The notes beneath the pieces are model-generated. The model was not told the origin of the DNA, did no database searches, and saw nothing but the letters and a program-made list of their open reading frames with translations. Positions 63,727 to 64,000 of a stretch of 64,000 bases of DNA are shown here, in pieces (within the stretch, counting starts at the first letter, position 1; every line of letters begins with the position of its first letter). The DNA lies in NCBI GenBank assembly GCA_963422205.2, contig CAXMWX010000009.1, positions 1-64,000 on the forward strand, given 5' to 3'. The translations under genes and the position numbers were made by a program. Origin of the DNA: Gammaproteobacteria bacterium. Its GTDB lineage: Bacteria > Pseudomonadota > Gammaproteobacteria > Eutrophobiales > Eutrophobiaceae.

Positions 63727-64000
63727 GCGCCCCGGCCCGGGCAAAAGCCGCTTGCCGGGCGGGCAACATGGCGGCTCTTCGGCATGGCGTTAAGGTGCTG
63801 ACCCGAGCAAAAATGGCCAACGGGCGGCGGGCGATCTTCGCTGTTGATGGCGTGCCGGGCTGTGTTTGTTTTGTGATCGAAGGCGAAGCGGCTCAAGACA
63901 GAGACAGGGGTCTTCATGTCAGCAACCCTGAGAGCGAAGGCCATCGAAAGCGGCCCTGGGGCATCCTGGCTTCGCTGGTGCAGATGATGTCGCTCATCAT
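63723..64000 (+). pseudogene. Possible degraded kdsC (partial, at window edge)
   Basis: ATGA overlap with kdsD. The frame contains AIFAVDGV, resembling the KdsC IFDVDGV motif but lacking the first Asp; the rest is poorly conserved. Confidence 0.35.

Overview
The window has two compositionally different parts. Bases 1 to ~3063 are AT-rich and look animal-derived. They hold the 3' end of a hAT(m)-like DNA transposon, a probable SINE fragment, and a ~960-bp insertion flanked by a 13-bp direct repeat. That insertion is built from ~339-bp tandem units carrying minimal type I hammerhead ribozyme motifs (two on +, one inverted on -), i.e. a retrozyme/Penelope-like element. At ~3063 the sequence switches abruptly, inside a truncated pstS, to a GC-rich gammaproteobacterial chromosome. 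The bacterial part contains phoBR-pstS with Pho boxes; an OprO/P porin, delta-carbonic anhydrase, choice-of-anchor-I protein and ComEA cluster; leuS-lptE-holA-proA-nadD-rsfS; a decayed rlmH; maf cut by an IS5 remnant; and an MjaII/TdeIII-like R-M pair whose nuclease has a nonsense codon. Next come pfp-hppA, bepA, a tRNA-Lys-linked defence islet (EcoRI-family MTase, ABC-ATPase, TOPRIM protein, ORF6N, DUF262-HNH), aspS, nrtR-nadA, a NERD helicase, yebC-ruvCAB-ybgC-tolQRAB-pal-cpoB-queC, a large disrupted repeat autotransporter, DUF1640-like paralogues, murU and yrbG-kdsD. Several pseudogenes and missing neighbours suggest a host-associated symbiont. The sequence alone cannot show whether the animal/bacterial junction is real (lateral transfer) or an assembly chimera. 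All family assignments come from motif recognition by eye; no searches were run.
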